DNA from: Eledone cirrhosa
Lineage: Eukaryota
NCBI GenBank assembly: GCA_964016885.1
Contig: OZ024762.1
Span: forward strand, 11,532,001 to 11,596,000
DNA length: 64,000 bases
Direction: 5' to 3'
Part shown: positions 1 through 13,246 of the stretch, one piece after another
Numbering within the stretch: the first letter of the stretch is position 1
Layout of the letters: the number at the start of each line of letters is the position of its first letter
The notes under the pieces: model-generated
Databases searched by the model: none
What the model saw: only the letters and a program-made list of their open reading frames with translations
Told to the model about the DNA's origin: nothing
Translations under genes and position numbers: made by a program

Positions 1-102
1 TGGTCCACTTGGGGAACTTGTTCAATGGAGTGATCTGATTTCCAGTTTGTATTTACTTGGACACAACATCACAATTACGAGTGAAATGGAACAGTTGACC
101 GG
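1..102 (+). CDS. MGAT5: MGAT5 exon (partial at window edge)
   Basis: Frame 2 reads GPLGELVQWSDLISSLYLLGHNITITSEMEQLT; donor GG/GTTAGT. Confidence 0.92.
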
Positions 103-114
103 GTTAGTGCACTT

Positions 115-450
115 CTTCTTTTTCTTCGTCCACTTATTCCAGAGAGTGTCGTAGGGACAGAGTCCTCAAACACTCCTTCCAGTGGGTCCTGTCAGAAGCA
201 ACTGTCTCCAACTAATCTGGCTGCATCCCTAAGCAAGACCAGCCAAGCTCATAGATGTTATCCAACCATCCTGCTCAGGGTATACCCCTGGGTCTCTTTT
301 TCGGTTGGTTTCGCCCGTAAAATCTGTCCAGTGATTCTTTCCTGAGACATTCTAACCACATGTCCATAATATCGGAGCTGTGATCTCTCACTTTGGAGAA
401 AATAGCAGCTCTTCCATGGAGTGACTCTCTGATCTCTGAGCTACTATAGT
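115..450 (-). mobile_element. RTE-like LINE 3' fragment
   Basis: Degenerate SSEIRESL...RPRG tail; homologous to 33895-34290 and 55685-56530. Confidence 0.6.
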
Positions 451-577
451 GTAACATGATCCTTTAAATATTGCGGGGGGGCGGGGGTCCTTGACTATAG
501 GACAGCTCGCCACTCCCCACCACTCAATCTGTTACTACCACCAACAACAAACATATTTCATTCTTTCATTGGTTTAG

Positions 578-712
578 GATCCTTTCGAAACTGCCGTCTG
601 TGCTGTCACCATGCCAAGCAAGGAAAGACCTACCTGTTGACATGATTTACACTGACCTTGTTGGTTTACGTCAATTCAAGAAACATGTTAAAGGAGGATA
701 TGGGAAATTCAG
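578..712 (+). CDS. MGAT5: MGAT5 exon
   Basis: tttag acceptor; ILSKLPSVLSPCQARKDLPVDMIYTDLVGLRQFKK; donor AG/GTGAGT. Confidence 0.88.
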
Positions 713-751
713 GTGAGTTCCACTTCAGCATCACAACTTAATAATAATAAT

Positions 752-940
752 AATTGTTTCTACTTTTTGGCACAAGGCCAGTAATTAATCAGTGTATTAC
801 TGGTACTTTATTTTATCGACCCCGTAAGGATGAAAGGCAAAGTCAACTTCGGCGGGATTTGAACTCGGATCGTAAAGGGACGTAACTATGCTGGAAAGCA
901 TGGCGTCCGACCCTCTACCGATACTGCCAATCCACCTGCC
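752..940 (-). mobile_element. tRNA-derived SINE, family A (about 190 bp)
   Basis: B-box-like GAGTTCAAATCC, body GCCTTTCATCCTTACGGGGTCGATAAAATAAAGTACCAG and an (ATT)n tail. More than 15 full or partial copies in the window, e.g. 1876-2062, 8044-8205, 10499-10606, 24662-24851, 37351-37534. Confidence 0.85.
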
Positions 941-1349
941 AATAATAATGAAAATGATTGTGTACAGTGCTCATAACCTGGCAATTATTCACTAATGAAC
1001 TTTTGTTAGTAAAGAAATATTTTCTGTCTTCAGAAGACCAACACGATTTCTCTCCCTTAGATTGTTACTCTGAATTCCTTGAAAAAGTTACGTCACAACA
1101 CCAAGTCTGTATTAGGTCGCTCTACCAGCTAAAACTACATAGAATAAAGTAAATAAATGAATAAAATCCGACTAAGTAACAACCAAAATTACATTCTCAA
1201 CTCTATTATAAGACATTGTTACTGAAAGACAATAAAAGAAAATGTTAAACTTCGTGTAAACCATGCAAACATTCTCTGCTCTCTCAGCAGACGATAGTTA
1301 CCTCCTTTCCAACACTCGCTCTCTCTTTTTCTCGCTCACCCCCACTCTT

Positions 1350-1400
<51 letters not shown>

Positions 1401-1546
1401 ACACCCAGTCTATTTATTTTCAACTGTTTCTCTCTAACTGTCTATCTCTCTCTCCCTCTCTCTCTCCCCCCCTCTCTCTCTCTCGCTCTCTCTCTCATAT
1501 ATATTTATATATATATTAATAAACACCTAGTCTATTTATTTTCAAC

Positions 1547-1643
<97 letters not shown>

Positions 1644-2227
1644 TTTCTGAAGCATGTAACAATCTACCTGCATCAGTTATCAGCTGCCGGGACAGTGCGT
1701 CCTTCAAAACTTCCATTCCATGCTTCCTGAAATTCACCAACACTACACCTGATATTCCCCCTCCACACACACACACGCGCGCACATGTGTGTGTGGGTGC
1801 ATGTATTTATGTGTTTATCATGACTCATACACTGTTCGCTTTCCTAACATTTGTACATTACTCTATGTACAATACGGCGGATTGGCAGTAGAGTCGGTAG
1901 AGAGTCGGACGCCATCCTTTCCAGCATAGAGTTACGTCCCTTTACTGACTGAGTTCAAATCCTGCCGAGGTTAACTTTGCCTTTCATCCTTACGGGGTCG
2001 ATAAAATAAAGTACCAGTAATGCACTGGTTATTGCTGGCCTTGTGCCTAACGTAGAAACAATTATTATTATTATGTATATATATATAATTCTTAAAGCAC
2101 CAGTAATGTACTGGGGTCGATTTAATCGACTTTCTCCTCCCCACAAATTACTGGCCTTGTGCACATCATCATCATCATCATAAAATGATGATGATGATGT
2201 GCCTATACTAGAAATCATTATGAAACC

Positions 2228-2477
2228 TCTGTCTATCTATATTTTCAGTTGTCTCTCTCTCTTTCTCTCTCTCTCTCATATACCCTCAGTCTATCTATAT
2301 TTTCAGTTGTCTCTCTCTCTCTCTTTCTCTCTCTCTCATATACCCTCAGTCTATCTATATTTTCAGTTGTCTCTCTCTCTCTCTTTCTCTCTCTCTCTCA
2401 TATACCCTCAGTCTATCTATATTTTCAGTTGTCTCTCTCTCTCTCATGTACCCTCAGTCTATCTATATTTTCAGTTG

Positions 2478-2509
<32 letters not shown>

Positions 2510-2677
2510 ATATACCCTCAGTCTATCTATATTTTCAGTTGTCTCTCTCTCTTTCTCTCTCTCTCTCATATACCCTCAGTCTATCTATATTTTCAGTTGT
2601 CTCTCTCTCTTTCTTTCTCTCTCTCTCTCATATACCCTCAGTCTATCTATATTTTCAGTTGCCTCTCTCTTTCTTTC

Positions 2678-2730
<53 letters not shown>

Positions 2731-2767
2731 TTCTCTCCTCTCTCTCTCTCTTTCTTTCCTCTCTCTC

Positions 2768-2801
<34 letters not shown>

Positions 2802-2810
2802 ATATAAACC
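2228..2810. repeat. Compound minisatellite of about 60 bp, with (CT)n and acceptor-like TATTTTCAG units
   Basis: 8 copies of (taccctca)gtctatctatattttcagttg+(CT)n directly before the MGAT5 exon at 2831. Confidence 0.9.
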
Positions 2811-2830
2811 TTCAATCTATCTATTTCCAG

Positions 2831-2964
2831 CTGTTTACTCCGTATTGTGGATTCATTTGGGACAGAACCAGCCTACAATCACAGAGATTTTGCTCGCAAG
2901 AACAAATTATTGACAACATGGGGTGGACAAGATCTCCATTCTCAACAGTTCTTTTCGATGTTTC
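2831..2964 (+). CDS. MGAT5: MGAT5 exon
   Basis: ttccag acceptor; CLLRIVDSFGTEPAYNH...WGGQDLHSQQFFSMF; donor C/GTATGT. Confidence 0.92.
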
Positions 2965-3009
2965 GTATGTATAGACAACTCTTCTTTATATACAGTTCAC
3001 TTCATTATC

Positions 3010-3470
3010 AACTATCACTATAACTACCACTGCTATCACTACCATCACCACCACTACCATAACCACAACCACCACCATCAGCACCACCACAACTACTACT
3101 ACCACCACAACCACCACCATCACAACTATCACCACCACCACCACAACCACAACTATCACCACCACCATCACCACCGCAACCTCCCACCATCACCGCAACC
3201 TCCCACCACCACCGCAACCTCCCACCACCACCGCAACCTCCCCCATCACCACCACAACCACTACCATAACCACCACCACCACCACCATCACAACGACCAC
3301 CATCAGCACCATCACAACTACTACTACCACCACCACCAGCACTACCACTACTACCACCACCACCACCATCACAACTATCACCACCACCACCACCATCACC
3401 ACCGCAACCTCCCACCATCACCGCAACCTCCCCCATCACCACCACAACCTCCCCCATTACCACCACCATC
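3010..3470. repeat. (CAC/CAT/TAC)n trinucleotide tract
   Basis: Direct inspection; the source of the spurious poly-His ORF. Confidence 0.9.
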
Positions 3471-3517
3471 CTATTCTCCACATATTCTATTGATGTCTCC
3501 GTATCATATATTTGCAG

Positions 3518-3642
3518 CTCATACTCCTGACAACTCATTTATGGGATTCGTAGTTGAGCAGCATTTAAAGGATATTGTATTGCCGAATGTGAAGAAGAAA
3601 AACCAAGCCGTAGTCTATGGAAAAAATGAAGCCATGTGGAAG
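3518..3642 (+). CDS. MGAT5: MGAT5 exon
   Basis: HTPDNSFMGFVVEQHL...NQAVVYGKNEAMWK; tgcag acceptor, GTTAGT donor. Confidence 0.93.
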
Positions 3643-4059
3643 GTTAGTTGCTGGATAAATGGATAATTTTATCTCTGGAATATTTACGTGACGTAAATAG
3701 AGTTTAATAGAAAAAGAAAATTTAGATTGAGAAGACTGGAATGTAAAATAGGAAAATATAAAGAAAATAGAGAAAGGGTCATGATTTACACAGACACACA
3801 CACAGATACATGCATGTGTGTGTATGGAGGAGGAATATCAGATGCAGTGTTGGTGAATTTCAGGAAGCATGGAGGTTTTAACCCTTTAGCATTTAAACCG
3901 GCCGTATCCAGCCAGAATTCTCTCACCTCTTTCTGTTCAAACTGGTCATAACCAGCTGCTCATACTGATTGTATCGAAATAATATCGAAATCTCATAGAT
4001 TCGATATTATGTGAGGTAAAGCCTTTACCGCGAAAATACAGTAGTATATATAGAGTAAT

Positions 4060-4795
4060 GATAATAATGAAATTATTGTGTACAGTGCTCAGGTGCACTA
4101 CAACTCATCAAAGGTGCATGTATAGTACATAGAATGATATACAAATGTCAGGAAAATGAACAGTGTACAAGTCATGAAATACATGTGTGCGTGTGTATGG
4201 AGGGGTAATATCAGGTGTAGTGTTGGCGAATCTCAGGAAGCATGGAGGTTTTAAAGGATGCAGTGTCCCGACAGCTAATAACTGATGCGGGTAGTTTGTT
4301 CCATGGATATTTTAAAGGATGCAGTGTCTCGACAGCTAACAACTGATGCAGGTAGTTTGTTCCATGGAGGTTTTAAAGGATGCAGTGTCTCGACAGCTAA
4401 CAACTGATGCAGGTAGTTTGTTCCATGCCTCAGCAACTCTGAGTGTGAAAAAATGTTTCCGGAAGTGATGGGAGCTGTGCTGTTTTCTGACTTTGTGGGC
4501 ATGCCCACGTGTGTTAGACACATGGAAATCAAAAAGGTACTCGAGGTTGTTGTTGGCAAGACGGTTAATAATTTTGTGGGTGTTTACCAAGTCAGTTGCC
4601 AAACGTCGGAGCTTTAATGTATCCATGCCCAGGGAAGCAAGGCGTCCAGAGTATGGCAGATGCCTGATGGAGGCTATTCACTTGGTTGCATGTCTCTGAA
4701 CAATTTCCAGGAGGTCAATATTCTGAGCAAGATAGGGGTTCCAGACTAGTGATGCACATTCTAAGTGTCGCCGCACCATAGCTATATACAGCTTT
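4060..4795 (-). mobile_element. CR1/L2-like LINE 3' end, 5'-truncated, with an internal 57-bp triplication
   Basis: Minus strand reads ...LVWNPY...VQRHATK...RRLATDL...TRGH...HFFTLRVAEAWNKLP, then 3' UTR and an (ATT)n tail. Further 3'-end copies at about 1645-1870, 11670-11760 and 48610-48818. Confidence 0.85.
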
Positions 4796-4931
4796 AAATA
4801 GATAACTAGAGATGTTGATGTGGATGATGATGGTGATGCTAACCTCAATGACTCTTATACACTGTCAAATGCTTGATTTTTTTTTGTCTTATCTCATTCT
4901 GAACGTGTCATTATATTCTATCTGTTTGCAG

Positions 4932-5093
4932 GATAAAACCAACTACTTGGCTATTGTGAACAAATTTGTGGACATTCATGGCACTGTCTATGTTGAAGGC
5001 AAAACAAATAAAAGCCGTTTTATCCCGTCATATGTTACAAACCATGGCTTGCTTAAAGGGGAGGAACTCCATACACTGCTCCGTGAGTCTAAG
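4932..5093 (+). CDS. MGAT5: MGAT5 exon
   Basis: DKTNYLAIVNKFVDIHGTVY...IPSYVTNHGLLKGEELHTLLRESK; canonical splice sites. Confidence 0.92.
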
Positions 5094-5362
5094 GTAATTT
5101 CATTCTTGTATACTTTCCATCTTCTTCATCTTCTTTGCCTGCTTCTTCTCCTTATGTTCGTCTACTTCTTCTGTTTACTTCTTTTGACCTCTTCTTCTTC
5201 TCCTCCTCCTTCTCCTTCTTTGGTCAACTTTGCTTTTCATCCTTTTGAGATCAATAAAGTACCGATGCAATCAATTCTTCCTCTTTCTCTCTTTCTCTCT
5301 TTCTCTCTTTCTCTCTCTATCTATCTATATTTTTCTTTCTTTCTCCCTCTCTATCTATCTAT

Positions 5363-5402
<40 letters not shown>

Positions 5403-5521
5403 GCTCTCCCTCTATCTATCTCTATATATCTCTCTCTCTCCATAGGTAGTATGTTTCATTAAAAATATAATATGGTAACAAAAAAGGTTAAATCATCTTT
5501 TTCCTCTTGTATCTTTTTCAG

Positions 5522-5668
5522 TTATTCATTGGTCTTGGTTTCCCTTATGAAGGACCTGCACCTCTTGAGGCTATAGCTAATGGTTGCGTATTCCTAAACC
5601 CAAAATTCAACCCACCTCATAGCAGTAAAAATACACTATTTTTTAAAGGGAAACCAACTTCTCGAAAT
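5522..5668 (+). CDS. MGAT5: MGAT5 exon
   Basis: LFIGLGFPYEGPAPLEAIANGCVFLNPKFNPPHSSKNTLFFKGKPTSRN; donor GTAAGG. Confidence 0.95.
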
Positions 5669-6104
5669 GTAAGGAGCATTTTTTTCATTATATTTTTTTA
5701 AAGGTTTTGGCATGTTTATTAGGCTGGTCAATATGGCGAGCTGCTGGATTTTATAATTGCATTGGTTTCTAAACATATTTTGTCCCCCTGGTATAATTTT
5801 CCAAAGATCATGGGGTTTGATAACTGCTCTCATCTTTGAGAGGTTGACGTTCCATGCTGTTTGATCTCAGGGGAGATCCCTCAGTGTTTGACGATCCGTG
5901 ACATTCCACACTGTTCGATCTTGGGCTAGAGATCCCATACTTCTGTGGCTTTCATGTTGAAATTGTCAAAAAACGGACCTCATTTGATGACCTCTGGCAC
6001 GCTTTCCTGATGACATGTCCTAGGAACATTAGTTGTCTCGTTTTAATAATGAGTTCCATCTTGCACTCTCTTTAAAACATTTTCATTATTTATTCGTTGA
6101 CGTA

Positions 6105-6343
6105 TGAGAACATAGGCAGTGTCTTTCATTGGAAATATGGTAATGAGAGGGTTAATGACATAGGCAGTGTCTTTCATTAGAAATATGGTAATGAGAGGGT
6201 TAATGACATAGGCAGTGTCTTTCATTAGAAATATGGTAATGAAAGGGTTAAGCATAGACAATCTTTCATTAGAAATATGGTGATGGAAGGGTTAAACGTA
6301 GGCAATGTCTTTCATTGGAAATCTAGTAACAAAAGGGTTAAAC
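6105..6343 (-). repeat. 48-bp minisatellite related to a TTAA-MITE terminus
   Basis: About 5 units; the same unit recurs at 37711-38005 and 43025-43600. Confidence 0.85.
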
Positions 6344-6369
6344 TAATGATTTCTTTTCTATATATATAG

Positions 6370-6489
6370 CTTACCAGCCAACATCCTTACGCTGAGCATT
6401 ATATTGGGAAACCTTATGTGTATTCTGTGGATATGAATGATTTAACCGCTGTTGAGATTATACTTACTGAAATCATGACATCAAATGAG
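6370..6489 (+). CDS. MGAT5: MGAT5 exon
   Basis: LTSQHPYAEHYIGKPYVYSVDMND...; donor GAG/GTAATA. Confidence 0.92.
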
Positions 6490-6769
6490 GTAATATATTT
6501 TCATAAGTTATTTCACATTGCTAACATTCTTTCTAAAATATATGTACAAAATACTGTTTCTCTAACAGTATATGGCTTTTACCCCCCCCCCTCTCTCTCT
6601 CTCTATATATATATATATTGTTATACTTGGGGAGAGTCATATTGTTATAATGTTGCTAGAAATAATAACAGAACACACTCACTGTTTGGTTTGGATTGGT
6701 TTTTGCTTCTGTATCTTTTATATCTCTATAGTTAATTTATCTGACAATCAATGTTTATCATTGATTACC

Positions 6770-7085
6770 TATAACTGTCTATACCAGTATGTATGTATAA
6801 CTGAATATACACCCAGTCTGTTGCTGTATATACCAGTATGTATAGCTGTATATACACCAGTCTGTTGCTGTATATACCAGTATGTATAGCTGTATATACA
6901 CTAGTCTCTTGCTGTATATACCAGTATGTATAGCTGTATATACACCAGTCTCTTGCTGTATATACACCAGTCTCTTATTGTATATACCAGTATGTATAGC
7001 TGTATATACACCAATCTCTTGCTGTATATACCAGTATGTATGTATAACTGTATATAACAGTGTCTTTTGCTATTTATACCAATAT
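6770..7085. repeat. Minisatellite of about 42 bp
   Basis: Repeated tataccagtatgtatagctgtatatacaccagtctcttgctg. Confidence 0.85.
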
Positions 7086-7114
7086 GAAGGCTAATATGAA
7101 TTTCTCTGTTTCAG

Positions 7115-7298
7115 TTTAAACCTTACATGCCATATGAATTCACTGAGGAAGGAATGCTACAAAGAATGAATGCTTATCTCGAAGGACAAAATTTCTGCTC
7201 ATTTCAAAAGACTGCTCCCAAATGGCCTCCAGCAAACGCTATCCATGTATTTCTTGGAGATGCTGGCATGTCTTGTAATGATGTTTGTTGGCAAAAAG
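7115..7298 (+). CDS. MGAT5: MGAT5 exon
   Basis: FKPYMPYEFTEEGMLQRMNAYLEGQNFC...WPP...GMSCNDVCWQK; donor G/GTTGGT. Confidence 0.93.
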
Positions 7299-8245
7299 GT
7301 TGGTCGATATAGATTCTTCTTATTTCCTGTTGTTTGGGGGTTTGTTTTTTTTTACTCTTAGTGTCTTGTACCACATGAAACCACATTAGCAAGGCCTTCT
7401 TGTTTATTTTTTTTAAATTGACAAAAGTATGTCAGCTGTGTATTTTTTTTTCTTTGCCTTCTTTTTCTCCATTCTTCTTCTTTGCCTTCTTCTTCTTCTT
7501 CTTTGCCCTCTTCTTCTTCTTCTTCTTTGCCCTCTTTTTCTTCTTCTCTTCCTCCTTCTTCTTCTTCCTCTACCGTCACAGCAAGGATTGAACAGGGATG
7601 TCACAGATCAAGTCAGTTCTCCAGCAAAGCTACTGGCCTCTCAAATGTACCAGGGTACTGCATCTCACATACATTCCCCACACTTTACCATAACTATTAT
7701 TATTCTATTTGCATGGTCCCATAACTCCCGATGAAGCCATAGGGGCGCCGTATTGACATACAGCATTTCTTGGACATTTTAAGCCTGGCAGAGCCCACCC
7801 CTCTCCAGGCCTGAGGACAGCAGATTTCTTCCAGAGATAGATAGAAAGTGAGAGAGAGGAAATAAGAAAGAGATATCGAGGAAGAATCAACCCCAGTACT
7901 AGACTGGTACTTTTTTTATCGCCCTCAAAAGAATGAAAACCAAAGTTGACCTCGGCAGGATTTAAACTCAGAGAGCAGGAATAAATACCATAAAGCATTC
8001 TAACCTGCCATTTCGCCGCCTCTAACTATCACTATCCATAATAATTGTTTCTACTTTTGGCACAAGGCCAGCAATTACCCAGTACATTACTGGTACTTTA
8101 TTTTATCGCCCCCCGTAAGGATGAAAGGCAAAGTTGATCTCGGCGGGATTTTATGCGTCAAAGCATGACGTCCGATCCTCTACCGATACTGCCAATCCAC
8201 CGCCCTTATCACTATCCATAATAATAAACCACAAATGTTTGTGTA

Positions 8246-8291
<46 letters not shown>

Positions 8292-8713
8292 CATCTGTAA
8301 TTCTTTAGAATTTACACACACATACACACAAACACACATTTCCTATCTCAGTCACGTTGTTAACAATAAGAAGTTTGCTTGTTCGTGTGAATATATGTGT
8401 ATGTAAAAGGAAGGAAGGGTGACGTGGGGGTGAAAACAAACTACAGCAAAACAGCGACTGGCGTTCCATTTGCTACGCTGTGTGTTTGTGTGAGTGTATA
8501 TGTATTTTCGTAAGTGTGTCTGTTTGCATGTTTATATTTATATACTCATACATATAAATGTCTGCGTATGCACATACGCACACACACAAACATATACACA
8601 TATGCATCAGCGTGTTGAAAAAAAATTCTAGTTTATCAAAATGCAAATTTCTTTTGTTTGTTATTTATTATATTATATTATATTTTATTTTATTTGTTTT
8701 ATTTATTTTTTAG

Positions 8714-8973
8714 ATCTTATCTGTGAACCCTCTTACTTTGAAGATATCAACACTTTGGAATATCTGAAGAAATACAGGGCTAACTGCACCACAAAGAAAT
8801 CCATTACAGACATTTATTACCCAGCATTTAATCGTAAATCATTTGAGTGCATCCTACAGACTGATGAACGTTTGTTCAGTTGTGCAGGAGACAAGTTTCC
8901 CTTAATGCGCTTATGCCCTTGTCGGGATTACATCAAAGGTCAGACAGCGCTCTGTAAAAACTGTGATAGGTGA
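8714..8973 (+). CDS. MGAT5: MGAT5 last coding exon
   Basis: LICEPSYF...LFSCAG...RLCPCRDYIKGQTALCKNCDR-stop (TGA). Confidence 0.95.
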
Positions 8974-9165
8974 CAATTCTGTGGCAATCTAAACCAAAGA
9001 ATTGATCAGCTTTTATTTTCCTATCCTTTTTCTTCACTTTCTAATGCATCTACAAAACTATTCACCATTTTCGTACAGGTGTCTCTCGTGTAGATGTCCA
9101 AGTGTGAGACTGTATACGTACATGTGTGTAAGTGTGTGAGCGTGTGCATACACATGAGTATGTGT

Positions 9166-9340
9166 CAGACCTGCCAACCTCTAAAAAGAGAAATAGGGAG
9201 TACCATGAAAAATAGTGCCCCAAAATGAGTAGATTTTACACAATGAAAGCTATACCCATTTTCACAACAGGAGACATCTCTCACCCACCCTAAAGTGGGT
9301 TTGAGATCTCTCCGTTGGACAGGGAGAGTTGACAGGTCTG
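9166..9340 (+). mobile_element. MITE with CAGACCTGCCAAC-type TIRs and a 6-bp TSD
   Basis: Termini CAGACCTGCCAAC...GTTGACAGGTCTG; sister copies at 9691-9891, 32639-32806, 33608-33782 and 35502-35696. Confidence 0.85.
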
Positions 9341-9690
9341 TTGTGTGCAAGTATATGCATATATACATTGCTGTAGTTTAATAACAATGTTCCCTCACTG
9401 CCTGTGTATCATTAAAAACAACAATAATTCATCTAGTTTGATAGTGTAACACTTCTCATACCAAAGAGCCTGAACCCTCTGCTGGTTCTACGATACAAAA
9501 CTGTTTATTTTATAAGGTTTATATTCATCTAAATATCTTCCATTATAATTTTTTATGTAAGAACCTTTGTTATGTTCCAAACATCTTAATAATGAAAAAT
9601 TAAGTTAATGCTTGATGATTTTCAAAATTATTTGAAAAAAAAATCATAGTCAGTGTCATTAGCTTAGTTGACTGCAGACCTTCACATCTG

Positions 9691-9891
9691 CAGACATGCC
9701 ACCCTCTAAAGACCCAAAGAGGGAGTGCCATGAAAAAAGGGGCCCCAAAACGGGGAGAAATCAGGCAGAATGGGTAGGTTTTACATAATGAAAGCTATAC
9801 CCATTTTCACAAGAGAAGACATCTCTCACTCTCACTCATCCCAAAGTGGGTGGGAGATCTCCCTGTCGGACAGGCAGAGTTGAAAGGTCTG
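9691..9891 (+). mobile_element. MITE, same family
   Basis: Flanked by a perfect CATCTG duplication. Confidence 0.85.
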
Positions 9892-10151
9892 CATCTGTCC
9901 ACTAGATTTGGATTAACAAACCTGTTGGTAGACATTCTCTGCTAAATCATTAAAATGCGTTAAAGAAAGCAATATTTACCAACAAAAACAAATACCACCA
10001 CTACTACTACAAGTGGTAAGGCTGTATGTAAATACAGTATTAGATGTTTTAGCAAAAGCCAAATGTGGGGCAGGGATTGTGAAAAGTGAGGTTTGTTAGT
10101 GACAGGAGAGGTTGATGGAGCAAGAAAGGGAGGGATTGTCTGCCCTTACCG

Positions 10152-10153
<2 letters not shown>

Positions 10154-10239
<86 letters not shown>

Positions 10240-11246
10240 ATATATATATATTTATACACTTGCATATACACACAAGCTTTTATATATACACAAGTATTTA
10301 TTTATTTATACATGCATATAAAAACATAAGCATTTATATTTACATGGATCGTCATCATCATCATTTTACGTCCATTTTTCCTTTCCTGCATATACACACA
10401 AACGTTTTTATATATATATATATTGTTATACCTGGGGATATATATATATATATTCTCTTATGTAACATCTCCACTTTGTTCTTATTGCATATATACACAA
10501 TCCCGCCGAGGTTAACTTTGCCTTTCATCCTTACGGGGTCGATAAAATAAAGTACCAGTAATACACTGGGATAATTGCTGGCCTTGTGCCAAAAGTAGAA
10601 ACAATTATATATATATATATATATAATTGCAGCTATATATATATAATGTGGGTGATAATAAATATTACATGTATGAAAATAGCTCAATGTAAAATAACAA
10701 GTATACTACAGAGCCGAAATACAATATAAATGACATATAAGTGTATATATATATATATATACACACTGTGTATGTTTGTGTATATATATTTATATATATA
10801 GTTCTGTTTGAGCAAGACTTGCGTCAAATGGGACAACCCCATCTAATGTATCCTAGTGTGGAAAATAGACTTTAAACAATGATGATGATGATGATAATGC
10901 TGTATGTGTAGGTATGTATATGTATGCGTGCATGTATATCTGTGTATGTATGTTTGTTTTTATGTATATATGCATATGTGTGTGTATGTATGTATATATA
11001 TATATATATATATATGAGTGTATGTGTGTGTATATATATGTATGTATGTATATATATGCATGTATGTGTATGGTTGTATGTATATATATATGTATGTATA
11101 TATATGCATATATGTGTATGGTTGTATGTATATATATATATATGTATGTATGTATATATATGCATATATGTGTATCGTTGTATGTATGTATATATATGTA
11201 TATGATTGTATATATATATGCATATATGTGTATGGTTGTATGTATG

Positions 11247-11305
<59 letters not shown>

Positions 11306-11334
11306 AAATATGCATGTATATGTATGTATGTATG

Positions 11335-11401
<67 letters not shown>

Positions 11402-11507
11402 AAATATGCATGTATATGTATGTATGTATGCATATCTATATATATGCATATGTGTATATATATATAGAGAGAGAGAGACAGAGAGGTATGTATATAAATA
11501 TATATAA

Positions 11508-11551
<44 letters not shown>

Positions 11552-12000
11552 GGGAGAGAGTGAAGTACTGTGCATGTAAATGTGAGTGTGAGTACATGTA
11601 AATGTAAATGTGAGTGTGAGTACATGTAAATGTGAGTGTGTTTACACAAATATTGACCCATCCGTGTATATAATAATAATAATAATGAAATTATTGTGTA
11701 CAGTGCTCAGGTGCACTACAACTCATCAAAGGTGCATGTATAGTACATAGAATAATGTGTCCCCCTCCACACTAATTTGTTACCAATTCTCAATCATGAC
11801 CAACACATTTTGTTAAAGCACTTCCTATTTGTATTAACTAATCATTGTATTACTCACATACATGTGTGTGTGTGTGTATATCTCTATATATATACGTATG
11901 TGTGTGTATGTGTATGTGTGTGTATGTATGTGTGTATGTGTGTACATATATGTATATATATATACATACATATGTATATATATATATATATAGATATACA

Positions 12001-12040
<40 letters not shown>

Positions 12041-12079
12041 TATATGTGTGTGTGTGCATATATGTATATATATACATAC

Positions 12080-12126
<47 letters not shown>

Positions 12127-12780
12127 CGTATAGATATATTTATAGGTATATGTACATTTACATCTATATATATTTATATACACACATACTCATATACATA
12201 TGTGTGTGTATGTATATATATATATATACAAATACTCATATACATATATGTGTGTGTATGTATATATATATATATATGTGTGTGTATGTATATATATATG
12301 TGTGTGTGTGGGTGTGGAAAAATAAATATATTGTACCGTTTATTATGCTTTCAATGCCAACATGTGGGGTCAGTCTTACAACTTACCCCTACCCTCCCTA
12401 CAGCCCCACATGGTGGCGGTTGGAAGTTCGTGATACTATTGATATATCAGTTTTATACTGCTGTTGTTGCTGATGATTATAATGATGATGATTGTGATGA
12501 TTATGCTGATTGTGATTATCATCACCGTGGTAATGATGATGATGATGATTTTAAGGACGATGATGATGAATAATGATGATTGTGATTATCATCACCGTGA
12601 CAATGATGATGACGATGATTTTAATGATGATGATGATGATGATTTTGATTATCATCACCGTGACAATGATGATGACGATGATTTTAATGATGATGATGAT
12701 GATGATTTTGATTATCATCACCATGACGACGATGATCATTTTAATGATGATGATGATGATTATTATTATTACAATTTTTT
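10154..12780. repeat. Microsatellite field: (CT)n, (TA/TG)n, (GAT)n
   Basis: Direct inspection; the source of the YI/CV/MD-rich ORFs. Confidence 0.9.
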
Positions 12781-13246
12781 TTTTATAGGGCAAGGTAAGT
12801 ATTTAGTGGGTTGTAACTTATCTCAGAATGGACACTGTTTAGAGAAAGGGCATTGAACTTGCAAGATCAAAGTCCCTGGACAACACATTTGAATCAGTTT
12901 TCTCAAAACCGTATAAAATGAGGACATTTTTTATGTACTTTATTTTTTTTGGGGGGGGGGGGGGGGGGGTTGCTGTTGCTGCTGTTACATATAAAATGTA
13001 TGATGATGCTAGATGTAATTTCGATTGCCCTGCCTTTATCCATAACATGGTGGCAGGGAGTGAGGTGGGAGACAAAAGAGATACAAGGATATATGTTGAA
13101 TAATAATAATAATAATTATAATGATGATTTCATTTATTGGCCACAAGGGCCAACAATACAAAGATATGGACAGTGGGTGTGGAGTTACAATAAGCTCCGC
13201 TAAACATGCACAATAGCAAGACTAATTTAACAATGAAGATATAACC

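Larger units (their letters stand above)
1..8973 (+). other. MGAT5: Gene model, 5'-truncated by the window edge: alpha-1,6-mannosylglycoprotein 6-beta-N-acetylglucosaminyltransferase (GnT-V), 9 exons
   Basis: Exons <1-102, 578-712, 2831-2964, 3518-3642, 4932-5093, 5522-5668, 6370-6489, 7115-7298, 8714-8973 join in frame over GT-AG introns. The motifs GPLGELVQWSDLI, DSFGTEP, PHTPDNSF, GLGFPYEGPAPLEAIANGC, LTSQHPYAE, PYEFT and CPCRDYIKGQ match the MGAT5 family. Confidence 0.95.

Noticed and set aside
2199-3517. Long SL-rich and poly-His ORFs
   Set aside because: Translations of (CT)n and (CAC)n tracts; only 2831-2964 and 3518-3642 are real exons.
10093-12856. Many YI/CV/MD-rich ORFs on both strands
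   Set aside because: Stop-free microsatellites with no protein signal.
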